A stretch of DNA of 64,000 bases from Camelus ferus (lineage: Eukaryota): assembly GCF_009834535.1 (NCBI RefSeq), contig NC_045697.1:26786001-26850000 (forward strand), read 5' to 3'. This document shows positions 12,711-25,432 of the stretch, in pieces (the stretch's first letter is position 1; every line of letters starts with the position of its first letter). The notes beneath the pieces were generated by a model, which worked only from the letters and a program-made list of their open reading frames with translations, was not told the DNA's origin and ran no database searches. A program made the translations under genes and the position numbers.

Positions 12711-15098
12711 AAATGCCTACCTATTTACTTATATCGTATGACAAGTTGTCTTCCTAATTTGTGAGCATTATACCAGTTGCATCATGTGTTTCATCTCACT
12801 GGAAAACAAAGAAGAGCACTAGACGCTTGGTCTATTTGCAAATATTTGCAGACCTAACTATTCATACAGTAGAGCTAGCTCCAAAATCTGTATCAGCTAC
12901 ACTTGGCTAAAGATAGAATCCTGCTTTTATCATTTCAATGGTGAGAAACTTCTTGGTGCTCTGTGTGACTGCCCACAAGATTAAGTGCTGCATTCTACAT
13001 TTTTAGCAGATGGAGAGCTTTCTTCACTTACTATAATTCTCATGTCTTGAGCCAGATGGAGGAAGGGAATTAGAAAATAACGATGCATAAAGTAAACATC
13101 AGTTGTTGCTCCTTCATTTTTTTTAGAACTAAAATTTTAATGTCATTCTTTCCTCCCTCTGTCTGTCTTTCCTCAAGATTCTTCATCAGTAGCCTATATT
13201 CTATGGTGACATGTATTCACTTTGCAGAACAAGGAAGGTGATAGGTGCTCAATAAATTCTTGCTGAAATAAACTGTGTTTATCTACAAGGTGCAAAGTGT
13301 CTCATGACCAATTTTGCCACTTCTCCTCTGATGGAAAAGGTAAATAGGGAAGAGATAAATGTTGAAGTATTTATCAGTTTACATCAGAAGTCCTTTATGG
13401 GTATTTCTGTGGTGTTATTCATGATTGTCTTTGCAACTCTAGGCTGTGATGATATTTTCCTTTTTCAGAATTAACAGTAGTGTGGTTCTCTTAGGGAAAT
13501 ACTAAAAATATTCTATGCCACATATGGCTTTCCTAATGTTAATACAGGTATGTGTGCCTTTGCTAGATTCAACAGCTTGTCTGCTATTTTGAATATATTC
13601 CAAGATCATTTGCCAGGTATTGGCAATTCATTCTAGAAGCATTTATTAAGAACCTCCTTTATGCTAAGTGCTATGTAATTCCAAAGAAAAAGCTCAAAGA
13701 AATGGCTACAGTAAGAAAATGGTTTTGCTTTTCACGCCTAGTAGACATTCTATGTCTTTCCAAAAAGCTAACTATTAAGGTTGGCTGTATAGATTTTAAT
13801 TTATAGCTTCTACACTGTTCCTGTTTCCAAATGATTCATATTCCCTATTCTTTCCATAATTACAAGGGTTTTCAAAAATTGAAATCTGCTCCTGTATCTC
13901 TTAGGTTTTTTTTTTTTTTTTCTCATTTTACAATAGATTAAACTAAGACTTACAGTTGCTTTAGTGGTAAGTGTTTTTGTTTTTGCTATTGGTTTTTTCC
14001 CCCTGACTTTTTAATTGAAATCCTTACTGTTCCCTTCAGAAAGGAGAAGGAAAGAAATATTTTGAACAGAAATTTTTTAAAAAGGAAGATTTTAAAAATA
14101 GAGACTATTTTCTAGGAATAGGTTAACTGTTCTCTCTGTGTTTAGAGTTGTCTGTAGACCAGGTAGTGGAGTGTGGCCATGATCAGGTTAATTTTGTCAC
14201 TATAACAACCAACACTGACAATAGGCATGTAAAAAGCTTTCTTGAGGGAAAAGGTCGTTTCCTTAACAACTGAAATTAATCAAGAGATATGGCTAATAAG
14301 AATATGAAAGAAGTAGAGATTTTGATTGCTTCCAGTTAACACAGCTGTAAATTTTTGCTTGAAAGTCTAATATATTGAAAGAATTAGCAATACCTTGAAA
14401 GCACTCTCAGCACTCCTTTTAATTTAATAATGTCTTCATGATGTAAAAATGACTCAAGTGTACGTACAACTGTGCTGCCTAATGAATTTCTGGAAAGAAG
14501 GGGGTCTTCATTAAAACATGTCTGTAAAAACTCTGAATTCATCAGGATACAGGTTTAACCCCAGACTGACTACTGAAGCTTTGACATTTTCAGGGACTCC
14601 ATATCCATGAAGTTCTGTTCTGCTCCTTAGTAGATGTTTGCACACAACCCTAATAGCACCTTTTATCACAGAGCTTTACCGTGTTCCACAGCTACGTTTG
14701 ACAATCTTGATTTGCAAACGGAAATTCAGAAAGGTTAAGTGATTCCGGATCCGATTCTTTTCTGCCCTCATTAAGCTCACAGGGCTCTGCCCAGGCCGTG
14801 TCTGGGAAGAAAACAAACTGTGACACAGATACCACGGTCCATCTGGGTCACTGCAGCAGTTCTTAGTGATCCATCTGCACTGATACCAGAGATACAGGTG
14901 GGGAACTCCTATTACTGTGCCACCGCCACCTCCACTCACCTTGAGCTCCTCCTTTCTGAACTGCTGGTGTGCTCATCCTTAATCCGCATTCTTTATCATT
15001 CACGGCTCTGCACCATTGCTTAATCCTTTCATGTTCATTTATTCAACAGGCTCATAATTATGAAACATTTATTGTGAAGAAAGCACTATTCTAGACTG

Positions 15099-15142
15099 GT
15101 GTGTGTGCGTGTGTGTATGTGTGTGTGCGTGTGTGTGTGCGT
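15099..15142. repeat. Interrupted (TG)n alternating purine-pyrimidine tract
   Basis: gtgtgtgtgcgtgtgtgtatgtgtgtgtgcgtgtgtgtgtgcgt. Confidence 0.9.
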
Positions 15143-15284
15143 TTTCTTTTTAATCTTACTCATGTAAATTGTTCCATCTTATTCAAAAAGAAAAACAAAA
15201 ATGGAAGGAAATTTGCTTTTCTATTGCAATGAGGCAATATGGAGTCACTGTTCTCAGGAATTAAAACCTAGGAAAGAAGAAAGG

Positions 15285-15628
15285 ACTAATGCTCCACAAA
15301 TATTCCAGTTCTTTTCTCCCAGGTTTATGGCTGAGTTAAAATTATTCACCCTCCCTACAGTTGGGTGTGATCATGTGACTTTTTCTGGCTAGTAAAACAT
15401 GAGTAGAAGTTATCTATGTAACTTCCAGGTGGAAATTTTAAGGGCCAGTAGGCAACTCACCACATTCCTTGTGTCCTACCTTAGTGATCATACAAGTATA
15501 TGAGAAAGTGGAGCTTCCATCAGTCAGGGTCTTAAAGCATCCACTATGAGCAAAGCCCCTCTTCCAATCTTCACTGAATATGTAGCATGAGTGAGAAACT
15601 TTTGCTGTATTTAACCTCTGTGATGTTT
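15285..15628 (+). mobile_element. MLT1J-like MaLR LTR, 5' part (split by an L1)
   Basis: 'gtgtgatcatgtgactttttctggc...aacttccaggtggaaattttaagggccag...tgtagcatgagtgagaaacttttgctgtatttaacc'; the LTR 3' end resumes at ~17753. Confidence 0.75.
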
Positions 15629-17750
15629 AAATAGTTTAATGGAGATATAATTTATATACCACAAAATTCTCCTGTTTAAAGTACACAATTCAGTAGTTTT
15701 TAGTACATTTACAAAGTTGTAGAACCATCACCATAATCTAATTTTTGAAAAGTTTCATCAGAACAACATCATTAGAAGATTTCATCAACAAAAAATCTCA
15801 TACCCATCAGCATCACTCTCCATTTCTCCTTCATCTTCCCAGCTCTAGGCAATCACTAATCTACTTCTGTCTCTATAAATTTAGCCATTCTGAGCATTTC
15901 ACATAAATTGACTTGTATAATATGTGGTCTTTTGTGACTGTTTTCTTTCACTAAGCAAGATTCATCCATGGTGTAGCATCTTTCAGTAATGTATTCCTTT
16001 TTATTGCTGAATACATCGTATGTATGTATCACATTTTGTTTATCTGTTCATCACATGATGGACATTTGGATTGTTTCCACTTTTTGGCATTTATGAATAA
16101 TGCTGTTACAAACATTTGCATACAAGTTTGTGTCAATAAATATTCTTGTTTCTCTTGGAATTTCTCTAGGAGTGGAATCACTGGATCATATGTAATTATG
16201 TTTAACAATTTGGAGAACTGCCAAACTGATTTCCAAAGTGACTGTATCATTTTATATTCACATCAGCAGTGCTTAAAGCTTCCAATTTTTCACATCCTTA
16301 CCAAAAATTGTTATTGTCTGGCTATTTTAGTATAGTCATTCAAGTGGGTATGCAATGGTATCTTACTGTCATTTTGATTTGCATTTCCCTAATGAGTAAT
16401 AATGTTGTGCATCCTTTCATGTACTTATTTATCATTTGTAAATCTTTTCTTGAGAAATGTCTACTAAATTCTTTTATCATTTTATAATTGGTAAATGTCT
16501 TACTATTGAATTAAAAGAGTTTATTATATAAACTATACACAAGACCCTTATCAAATACTTAATTTGCAAATATTGTTTCCCATTCTGTGGGTTGGCTTTT
16601 CTCTTTCCTGTTGGCATGTTTGCAAGACAAAATTTTTTAATTTTGATCAAGTTCAATGTTTTGATTTTTTTTCTTTTATCACTTGTGTTTTGGGTGATTT
16701 ATCTAAGAAGATATTGTCTAAACCAAGATCACAAAGATTTACTCCTATAACTTCTTATAAGAATTTGATAGTTTTAGCACTTACATTTAGATCTAGGATC
16801 CATTTTAAGCACATTTTTATGTGTAGTGTGAGTAGGGGTCTAAATTCATTCTTTTGCATGTTGCTATCCAGTTATCCCAGAACTATGTGTTGAAAAGATT
16901 TCTCCTATTGAATTGTCTTGGAACCTTTGTCAAAAAGCATTTGACCATAAACATAATGATTTATTTCTGGTCTTTTAATACTATTCTACATTAGTTTATT
17001 CTATGCCAGTACCACACTGTGTTATTTACTATAGCTTTGTAATAGGTTTTAAAATCTGATAGTGTAAGTCCTTCAACCTTGTCATTCTTTTTTAAGGATT
17101 GATTTGACCGGTGTAGGTTTTGCATTTCCATGAATTTTAGAGTCAGTTTGTCAATTTCTGTAGGGAGGGAGGGTGGGAGGGATAGGAAGGAAAGCAGGCA
17201 GGCAGGCAGGCAGGCAGACAGGCAGGAAGGAAGCAAGGAAGGGAGGAAAGAAGAAACTGGACTAGCTAGAATTTCATGGAGGTTGCATTAAATCTGTAGA
17301 TAAATTTGGAGCATATTACCATTTTAATATTGAATCCTCTGATCCATGAACATAGGATATCTTCATTTATTTAGATCTTTAATTTTTTTCTACAATGCCA
17401 TGTTTTGGTCTTGCACTTCTTTTGCTAAGTTTATTCTTAATAAGCTTTTAATCTTTTGGGTGCTATTGTGAATGAAATTGTTTTTTTTTAAATTTCTTTC
17501 TTGTTTTATTCATTGCTAGTGTATAGAAATGCAATTGATTTTTATATCAAACTTGTACTCTGTGACCTTGCTGAATTCATTTATTCTAGTGTTTTTTTTT
17601 TTTAGTGGATTTCTTGGGATTTTCTACATAAGAGATCACATTGCCTGCAAATATAAACAGTTTTACTTCTTCCTTTCCAATTTAATGCCTTTTATTTATT
17701 TTATTTTCCTATTTTCCTGTCTAGAATCTCTGGTATGATACTGAAGAAAA
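15629..17750 (-). mobile_element. L1M (L1MB-like) 3' UTR plus ORF2 3' part
   Basis: Minus-strand ORF2 remnants 'YDPVIPLL..MFVTALFINAKKWKQSKCPS' and 'EGLTLSDFKTYYKAIVNNTVWYWHR'; 3' UTR at the left end. Confidence 0.9.
17162..17256. repeat. Purine-rich compound microsatellite (GGGA/GGCA/GGAA) inside the L1
   Basis: direct reading. Confidence 0.9.
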
Positions 17751-17752
17751 GA

Positions 17753-17816
17753 ATCCATGAGATTTTGAGGTTGATTGTTATTGGAACATAACCTTGCCTT
17801 TATATCAATAATGCAA
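17753..17816 (+). mobile_element. MLT1J-like LTR, 3' terminal piece
   Basis: 'tgagattttgaggttgattgttattggaacataaccttgcc...taatgca' matches the recalled MLT1J end. Confidence 0.65.
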
Positions 17817-18699
17817 ATATTAGAAGGAACAAAATAGAGATGGAGTCCATTTAGTTGGCAAAATCAGGGAAGGCTTTTGTAAGAATGACCTGGAAAGGAT
17901 AAGCCTTGAAGGATGGAGGTGAAGCCATTCAGTATGAAAAACTACAATACTGAGTTATATACCTTGACTTTGTCAGAGTAAATCTGCAATGAAGAGTGGA
18001 GAAAAGATAGGAAATACAAGTTAAGGAACTAGATATTTGTGAAAACCTGTACTGGTAAATTGAGCATGAAGATAGAAAGATCAGTTAGGAGGCTACTGCA
18101 AAAGCTTAGAGAGGAAATAGCAAGTGTCAGAGCTAAGAAGTAATTAATGCTGCCCATTCCCAGATCCCTCCTGTGTTTACATTTGATAGTATCTGCCTTC
18201 CATCTACCCAGGTTCCTAGAGTCCCCAGCTCCAAGCTGAAGGATATTAACTAGCTACTAGCATGAATCTATTATAAGCCTTGTTCCTGGCTCTATTTTGA
18301 TCTTGGAACCCCAATATCAGGAAAAGTATGTGTCTTCCACTTTTAAATTGCAAGACTGCTTTTGAAATTCTGTGATCTGCTTTTCTGGTTTGCCACAGGC
18401 CCAGGAATCAATGTACTTCTCTTGCCTTTTTCATGTTGCTCTAGCTCATTGCTTACCTAGATTTTCTTGTCTCAGCTAGACTGCCATGTGGAGTAAAATC
18501 CAATGTCAGGTATATGAGTCTTAAACAGATGGAGTATCATTATTCTAATTTTATTACTAGGAGTGCAGAAAGCATTCATCTCTTGTCCACAGAATCCAAA
18601 TGTTCTGGGCCATCCAAGAGCAGAGGAAATGTACCGTACCCTTGCTGGGGGGAGATGTGTAAAGGTTTAGACCATCTGACCTCTGAAACACCTTCTAGT

Positions 18700-19115
18700 A
18701 TTTAGAAAACTCTGTACTGCCTGAGTCTAGATGCAGGACAGCCACCGTCCCTGGCTTCCTGGCCTCAGAAACCAGAGTGAAGATTACAGGGCAATAATGC
18801 TGGCAATGTCTAGTGCCCAGTGGCAGTGGTGCCAGTGGTGATACCCAGTGAATGGTACTGGTGGTGGCAGGGGTGCACTGCAGTGTTTAGGCTTCGGTAG
18901 CTGCAGAGTCAATGCTGTCCTAGTGTCTGTTCTTGTGATACTTTAGGTTGTGGATCCAATGAGCTGAACTATTCTGGTCCCCTCCCATTTTCCAAGCCTG
19001 ATTCTTCATCACTCCCAACAACTACTATCCAATTATGTCCCGGAAAATTGCTTATATGCTTAAGCCAATCAGCACCATTTCTGTTACTTCCTACCAAAAA
19101 CCCTATGTAGGACAG
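18700..19115 (+). mobile_element. Old ERVL LTR (LTR33/LTR41-like) 3' part
   Basis: 'gtggcagtggtg' repeats and terminal 'tgcttaagccaatcagcaccatttctgttacttcctaccaaaaaccct...aca'. Confidence 0.45.
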
Positions 19116-19369
19116 ATGGTTGATTTCTTAATTTTCCATCTAAATCATATATAAATCAAGCACTTGATTTCAAAGGGTAGTTAAACTTTGAATTGAATTG
19201 GAACACATGTTGGATTATGGTCAGTAAATTTTATTGTCATATTCTAATTAACACAATTATTCAGAAAAGGTGGCAAAATTCTATTTTGACTTACCACTTC
19301 CTATTTAGTTTTACTCCCCTGAGTGTCTTATAACCTAGCTAAGAGTGTTCAAATTATTTTTAAAGATCA

Positions 19370-19802
19370 TTTTTTCCTCTATGTTTTCTTCCAGGAGTTT
19401 TGCAACTTCAGGTCTTATGTTTAAGTCTTTAATCCATCTTGGGTCAGTTCTTGTTCATGGTGTAAGATAAGGGGAAATTTTCATTCTTCTGCACATGGAC
19501 ATCTAATTTACCTAACAACACATATTGAAGAGACTATCCTTTCCTCATTTTGTATTCTTGGCACCCTTGTTGAGGATTATTTGACTGTGTATGGATAGGT
19601 TTATTTCTGAGCTCTCTATTCTCTTCCATTGATTGATGTGTCTGTTTTTATGCCAGTGCTATACTGTACCGATTACTATGGCTTAATAAAATCATTTGAA
19701 ATAAGGAAATGTGATATCTCCAGCTTTGTCTCCTTGCTCAAAATTGCTCTGGCTCTTTGGAGTCTTTAGTGCTTCTATGTGAATTTTAGGATTGTTTCAT
19801 CT
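19370..19802 (-). mobile_element. L1 ORF2 fragment, inverted segment
   Basis: 'ttcaggtcttatgtttaagtctttaatccat...gaattttaggattg' is antisense L1 ORF2. Confidence 0.9.
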
Positions 19803-20397
19803 ATTGGTCTTGGCAATGATTTTTTTTTTTAAGCTATGACACCCAAAGCACAAGCAACAAAAGCAAAAATAAATAAGGGAGATTACATCAAACTAAAAAG
19901 CTGCACAGCAAAGGAAACCATCAACAAACTGACAGAATCAGGGAAAGTATCTATAAACCATATATCTTATAAAGGACTAATATCCACATTATATAAGAAA
20001 CTCATACATCTTAATAGCAAAAACAAAACAAAAACAAATAACCCAATTAAAACATGGGTAAAGGAACTAAATTGATATTTCTCCAAAGAAGATATACACA
20101 TGGCCAAAAAATGGTCATATGAGAAGATGCTTAACAGCATTAATCATCAGAGAAATGCAAATCAAAAGTACAGTGAGATATCACCTCATACCTACTAGGA
20201 AGGTTATTATTTAAAAAACAAAAAACAAGTTTGGGCAAGGATGGAGAGAAAAGAGAATCCTTGCACACTGTTGGTAGGAAGGTATATTGGTACAGCTTTT
20301 ATGTATGAAGACAGTATGGAAGGTCCTCAAAAAATTAGAAATAGAACTATTATATGATCCAGCAATCCCACTTCTGGGTATATATTCAAAGGAATTC
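19803..20397 (+). mobile_element. L1 ORF2 fragment, sense segment
   Basis: ORF 19836-20075 '[22 protein letters not shown]' is L1 ORF2; continues to 'gatccagcaatcccacttctgggtatat'. Confidence 0.9.
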
Positions 20398-20669
20398 ATT
20401 TAAACTCTCTGAGCCTCTTGTACCCATCTATAAAGCTGAGCTGTTAACAGAATTAAAGGAAATGGAATTTAGCTTTTACACAATAAAATTTTTAAAAAAT
20501 CAATGTAAATAGGCAATGTAGGTAACATTGTCATCCAAGTAGAGTGTTTTATACCTTATACTGTTTGATTTTCCTAACAACCAATATAAAATATATAGAA
20601 AGTGCAAATCATGTCCATCAATTTGGATCTTGTTATTATGTTGGTAGCCATGTGGTATATTATAATTAA

Positions 20670-20890
20670 GCTACAGTTCAGTATTCAGAGATCTAGTTTT
20701 GAGCCTGGCTTTGCCATCTACCAATAGAGTGAACCTGGACATGTCCTAAAACTTCTTGGTCCACTTTTTCAAATTAGAAAAAAATGGTAGGGGTGGGGTG
20801 AGTATAATAAATCCAGAACCTACCTCACAGGGTTAGAATCAAAGTAAGTTGACAGGTACAAAAGTGCTTCGTAAAAAGTAATTCTCCAAA
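20670..20890 (+). mobile_element. MIR SINE
   Basis: 'ctagttttgagcctggctttgccatctacc...cctacctcacagggtt...aaagtgctt'. Confidence 0.65.
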
Positions 20891-22769
20891 TAAGTATCGG
20901 ATGATGGAACAGGAGAGAAGAGGGTGACTAAAGGGACTGTATTTGCGATTAACGTCAGGAGGGGGAAAAAGCTTGGCAATCATAAAACAAGAATAAAACA
21001 CTTAATTTATAAATATAAAATAATCTACAGATTTTTATTAAGAAATTTACCTTACTTTCTTCTACTTGGTACGGTATGTGTTGTGCTCTCATAACAATGT
21101 AAGTGTTTAGAAGGTTGTAAGAGGCACACTGATCAAAAAATATATTAAACAGATTTGGAAGGGGGTGGATATAAAGTTAGAATTTCTGAGTCATGAAAAC
21201 ATCAGACAGCAATTTCAGAAAGGTGTAACTTTATTTAAAACCGAGCTGCTGTGAATTCTGTTGTGCTGCAGACACCTCTGAATCAACCGTCTCTGTTGGC
21301 AAATTGTTATGCTGACAAATTCTCACATCAACTGAAAATTTCCATTTTGTAAACAAGTAAGTGGGTTCTTGATGGTCTGAATTAGATCCTGAGCTGGAAC
21401 TTTGGAAACTGGACTCCTTGTTTGAGTGACCCTGTATAATCCATTTCTTACATCTGCAGAAAGATTCAAATATTTATCTCCCAAATCAGGGAGCCAATGT
21501 GAACATTCATGTAACATTAAGTCTAAATTTTTCTTCAAGTTTGGGAAACAAAAATACACGGATGGCTTCATTGGCTACATTTCCTGAGATAAGAGTAGCC
21601 TGGTGTGTTAATTTGGTCATCTTTATGACACTAGGGGCTCTATTTCCACTTCTGTCCACAACAGGACAAATGCAGAACGCTGGTCCAGAAGCACCCAGGC
21701 CAGAAGATTTGATGTAGAGAAATATGAGTGTATTAGTAGGCAAATACTGGGTAATAGATCTTCCTTCTACTGGGTCAGAGTTAGTCACAGGGACTCTGGT
21801 TGTGTGCTTTATGATCACCACCCCTGTCATCCAAGCAGGACAAACTGGACATGTGACACAGCCATGCAGCTGGGGAAAAAATCAGGGAAGTAGGTGAGGT
21901 CTATTTGCATACCATGGACTTTGGATCAGGTAACCTGCACACACATCACAAAGGTATGCAAGGGACAGCAGTGTCCAAGAAGGGACATCAAGTGGGGAGA
22001 CAAGAGGTGTTGGGCCCAGAGCCCAGAAACAGTGGGATTAAATGAGATGCCTATTAAAAGACTTCCACAGTGTCTAGCTTGCAGTTGTTCAGTATATTGA
22101 TACTATTAGACATTAGTGTTCTTTCTTCCTGCTTTATAAAATTACTTTGTGGAAGGGGGTATTATCTATATACCCATGGGAGCTGGATTCCATTACCACA
22201 AGTTTCCTTCTAGCTCTATGAGTAGATGGATCTAGCAGTAGTTTTACCCTGGAGCAGCACTGTTTAATCAAGAACTGGTATCACTGTTTTATAAAGATAG
22301 GGCACTTCTTTATGGTCCTCTAGCCAGCTAATTGGGGTGAGTGAGATGGTGGAGAAGGGAAAACTTCTTGATCACAAGCTTGGGACCAAGCCCATTTTTC
22401 ATGTACTTTTATCTTCCTATTTCTAGATGATTTTCTAGATGCTCCAGCCAACTTCAGAGATGATATGGGTTTACCTGTGGTCCTGTGAGGAAAGAACAGG
22501 GCCCAAAGAAAACAAGGAGTTTGGAAGTCTTTGTCATTAGATCAAAATCCTACAAGTTGGAAGAGTCTAGCCTTGTGTGATCTTGTGAACACAGACCTGC
22601 TTTCCTATTTGGAAATATGATAACCAGCCTTCCACACCTGTGAACACAGGGCTGAACAACCTTTTCTTTTCTTTTTTTTTTTTTTTTTGTTACTAAAGAT
22701 GTTAGCCAGGGCCAGACCTGAGCAAAATTAGAAAACAGAGGTGGTACGTTACAAAGATTACTGAGACAG

Positions 22770-22905
22770 GCGCCCAAATACCTGGATCTCAGCTCTAGCA
22801 TTAACCAGTTATATGACCTTGGACAAGTCATTTCTGTTTTTTGAGCCTTAGTTTTCTCAAGTGTAAAATGAGAGTAATAAAAACATGTTTATAAGATGTT
22901 TAAAC
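22770..22905 (+). mobile_element. MIR SINE
   Basis: 'tatgaccttggacaagtcatttc...tgagccttagttttctcaagtgtaaaatg' MIR core. Confidence 0.75.
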
Positions 22906-23178
22906 AGGTATAAAGACAAAGCAGTCTCCACGCCATAAGTCATGGCCTGCCTTCCACTTGCATGCCTGCCCCCTTCCTTCCCTTTTCAGTCTCTCTCCCT
23001 CCCCAACCCTCCACTCGTGTAGCCAACAGTTCCCCAGGATGCGAAATACATCTAGCTAATTCATAACAGTGTTAGCACCATGGGTGACTGTTCCCTTATG
23101 CCGTCAGCCTGCTAATGAATGAATCTCTGGTTTGGGGCTATTAGATATTAGCAAGAGATGGGATGGAAAAAGATACAA

Positions 23179-23203
23179 GTGTGTGTGTGTGTGGGGGGGG
23201 GGG
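23179..23203. repeat. (GT)n followed by a G run
   Basis: direct reading. Confidence 0.85.
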
Positions 23204-24860
23204 TCACTGATCTGGTATCCTTGGGTAGAAATCTTCCTGAAAACCCAGAGACAGCAGCCTGCTCTACCTGATGCAAGGCTGGCTGTGCTGGGAGCCTTTT
23301 GAATCACAGCCCCACAGATAATGTGAAATCCTCTCTCCTCTGCATCCTTGGTCTGCAGTGACACTGGCAGATGCTAAACTTCGGCCTGTCTAGAACAGCT
23401 AATTAGGTTAGAGAGGCTGCCAAAAATCCCAAAGTCATCCTAAGAAAATGAAACACTTTGAGGTCTGAAGCAAAGGTCAGAAGACACAAACACTAATTCG
23501 ATTTTTAAGAGAGAAACCACCAAATAAGAAGGGGTAGGGGAGCAGCGGAGAGAAAGAAAGGCAGGCACGCAAGACCTTTACAATCTGGCAACTCCTCATC
23601 AGTCTTATAAACAACATTGAGATCAGGCATAAAGTCGTCCTGGCTCCTTTCTCCAGTAAGAAACACTGTATATTCATGAAGGATGATACTGTAATAGATA
23701 CTGTATATTCATAACCTCTTCCAGAGAGCTCAGTCCATACCTCCTGGGACATCAGGAGAGCTTCCAGAGAGTTCTTCCTGCTGGAGAGCATTCCCACCTG
23801 GGAGTAATGAGGCTGGAGAGAGAAAGGATTTGCTAAATGGAATCAGTTAAACAAATACATGGGGCGTGTTCCAGCCTTCTTTATTGGTAGCATCAAATTA
23901 TTACAAAGTAAGAATTGCTGTCTGCCCCCTTGTTCTCAGTAGCGGAGAGGCAGCCTTAAAAACCTAGAGACCCAATTCTCCAAAAAGGTTATGCCAGAAA
24001 GTGTGTTGGAGATGCCGTGGGGGTATCAAAATAAACAGCAGTGTGTATGACTTCACTGCCACCAGCAGGGCCCAGAAGAAGTGCAGGCCAGGAGCAGGCC
24101 AGGAGCTTCCTAGAGCAGATGCCCCCGGTGAGAGGATAAAACTTGCAGCCGAGCTCCTCTCACACCGTGCCCACCCGCCCCTTCCTCAATTTTAAGGATT
24201 TGGAAAAGCTGTTCTTCCTCTCTAAAAGGCATTCTTGCCCTAAAGCTCAACCAAACTCCAGGTGAGGCTCCAAGCACGCCCTCCTCCCTTCCCCCACTCC
24301 ACAGCACCAACTCATTCTAGGAGGTCTTCTTTCGTGCCCAGGGATTTGCAGTATTTCGGTAGGTGCAGTGGAGTGTAGCCCGGAGATGGAAATTCTGTGG
24401 CTCAGTCCTGCATTTCATGTCACCCCAGATGTGGACCAGACCTCTTGCTGTATCCACCTCACGCCCAGACCCCAGGTAGCAGCTCCGCGTCGGCTCTGGC
24501 CACGCTGGATCAACTTCAGGTGGAGCCGACTCACGCTTTCCAAGGACTTGGAAAAGCTAGTCAACGCTAACTCTGATCTCTCGCACCTACCCCCAATCCG
24601 TGGCCACCTGCACTTTGCAAGACGTTGAGCCGGCGGCGCTCCCCAGAGCCCGCACGGGCCTGCGGTGCTCAGGCATGAGCCAGGCCGCGCGGGGTTCCCG
24701 GCATCCTCCCGTCCGGCTGGCCCTGGAGCCTCCGGACTGGAGGAATGGCCTGGGAATGCGCGGGGAGGGAGCAGAAAGGACCTCCCCCCACCCCCCCGGA
24801 GCCTTAGAGACCTCAGGAGGGCTCCCCGCGGATATCGGTTTTTTGGAAAGGTTCCGTGGC

Positions 24861-24905
24861 CACGCGGCGAAGAGCACGTGAGCGGCGCTGCTTCGCTATA
24901 AAAAA
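24861..24905 (+). promoter_or_regulatory. CACGCG and CACGTG bHLH sites followed by a TATAAAAA box
   Basis: CACGCG 24861-24866, CACGTG 24875-24880, TATAAAAA from 24897; motif matches only. Confidence 0.45.
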
Positions 24906-25424
24906 CCCCCGCTCTGCTGCGCGTAGGGAGCGAGCAGAGCGGCAGGACGCGGCTACCTGCGCCAAGAGAAACGGCGACAGTAATACTCCCTCCAAGACGG
25001 TCCCGAGTTTTGATGCTCAGTCCCTGGGGGTCCGAGCTCCGTGCATGCGTCTAACTTTGAGGCCGAATTCCCAGCACTTAGACAAAACCGCGCAGATGCT
25101 GGCACGCGTGCATTTTCGAAAATGTTCAGGGCTTGTTTGACCTTTAGAGTTGGAAGAGTAGCAGAAGTCTCAGGCTAATTTCTTTCTTGTCCTCCGTCGA
25201 GGGGACGGACAGGAGAGCCCGGGCTCGCCCTCACAGCCCTCGCCCGAGTCCCCAGTGCCCCAGCCGCTCTTTAAGTTGGGGGGTATTCCTGCGCCCCGCA
25301 GGAGGCAGCTTGTGATAAACTCCGGACGCCTTTCCTAGATAAAGTTTAGTCTGCTCTCCTTGCCCACTCCGTCCCGGCCGCGTTGACAGCCCCCTCCTCC
25401 CGCGGCGGGCGCGGGCGAGAGCGC

Positions 25425-25432
25425 GGGCGGGG
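25425..25432 (+). promoter_or_regulatory. GC box (Sp/KLF motif)
   Basis: GGGCGGGG about 350 bp upstream of the NWD2 ATG; motif match only. Confidence 0.45.

Noticed and set aside
14690..15020. CpG-retaining patch as a possible exon or pseudogene
   Set aside because: No recognisable translation, polyA tail or TSD
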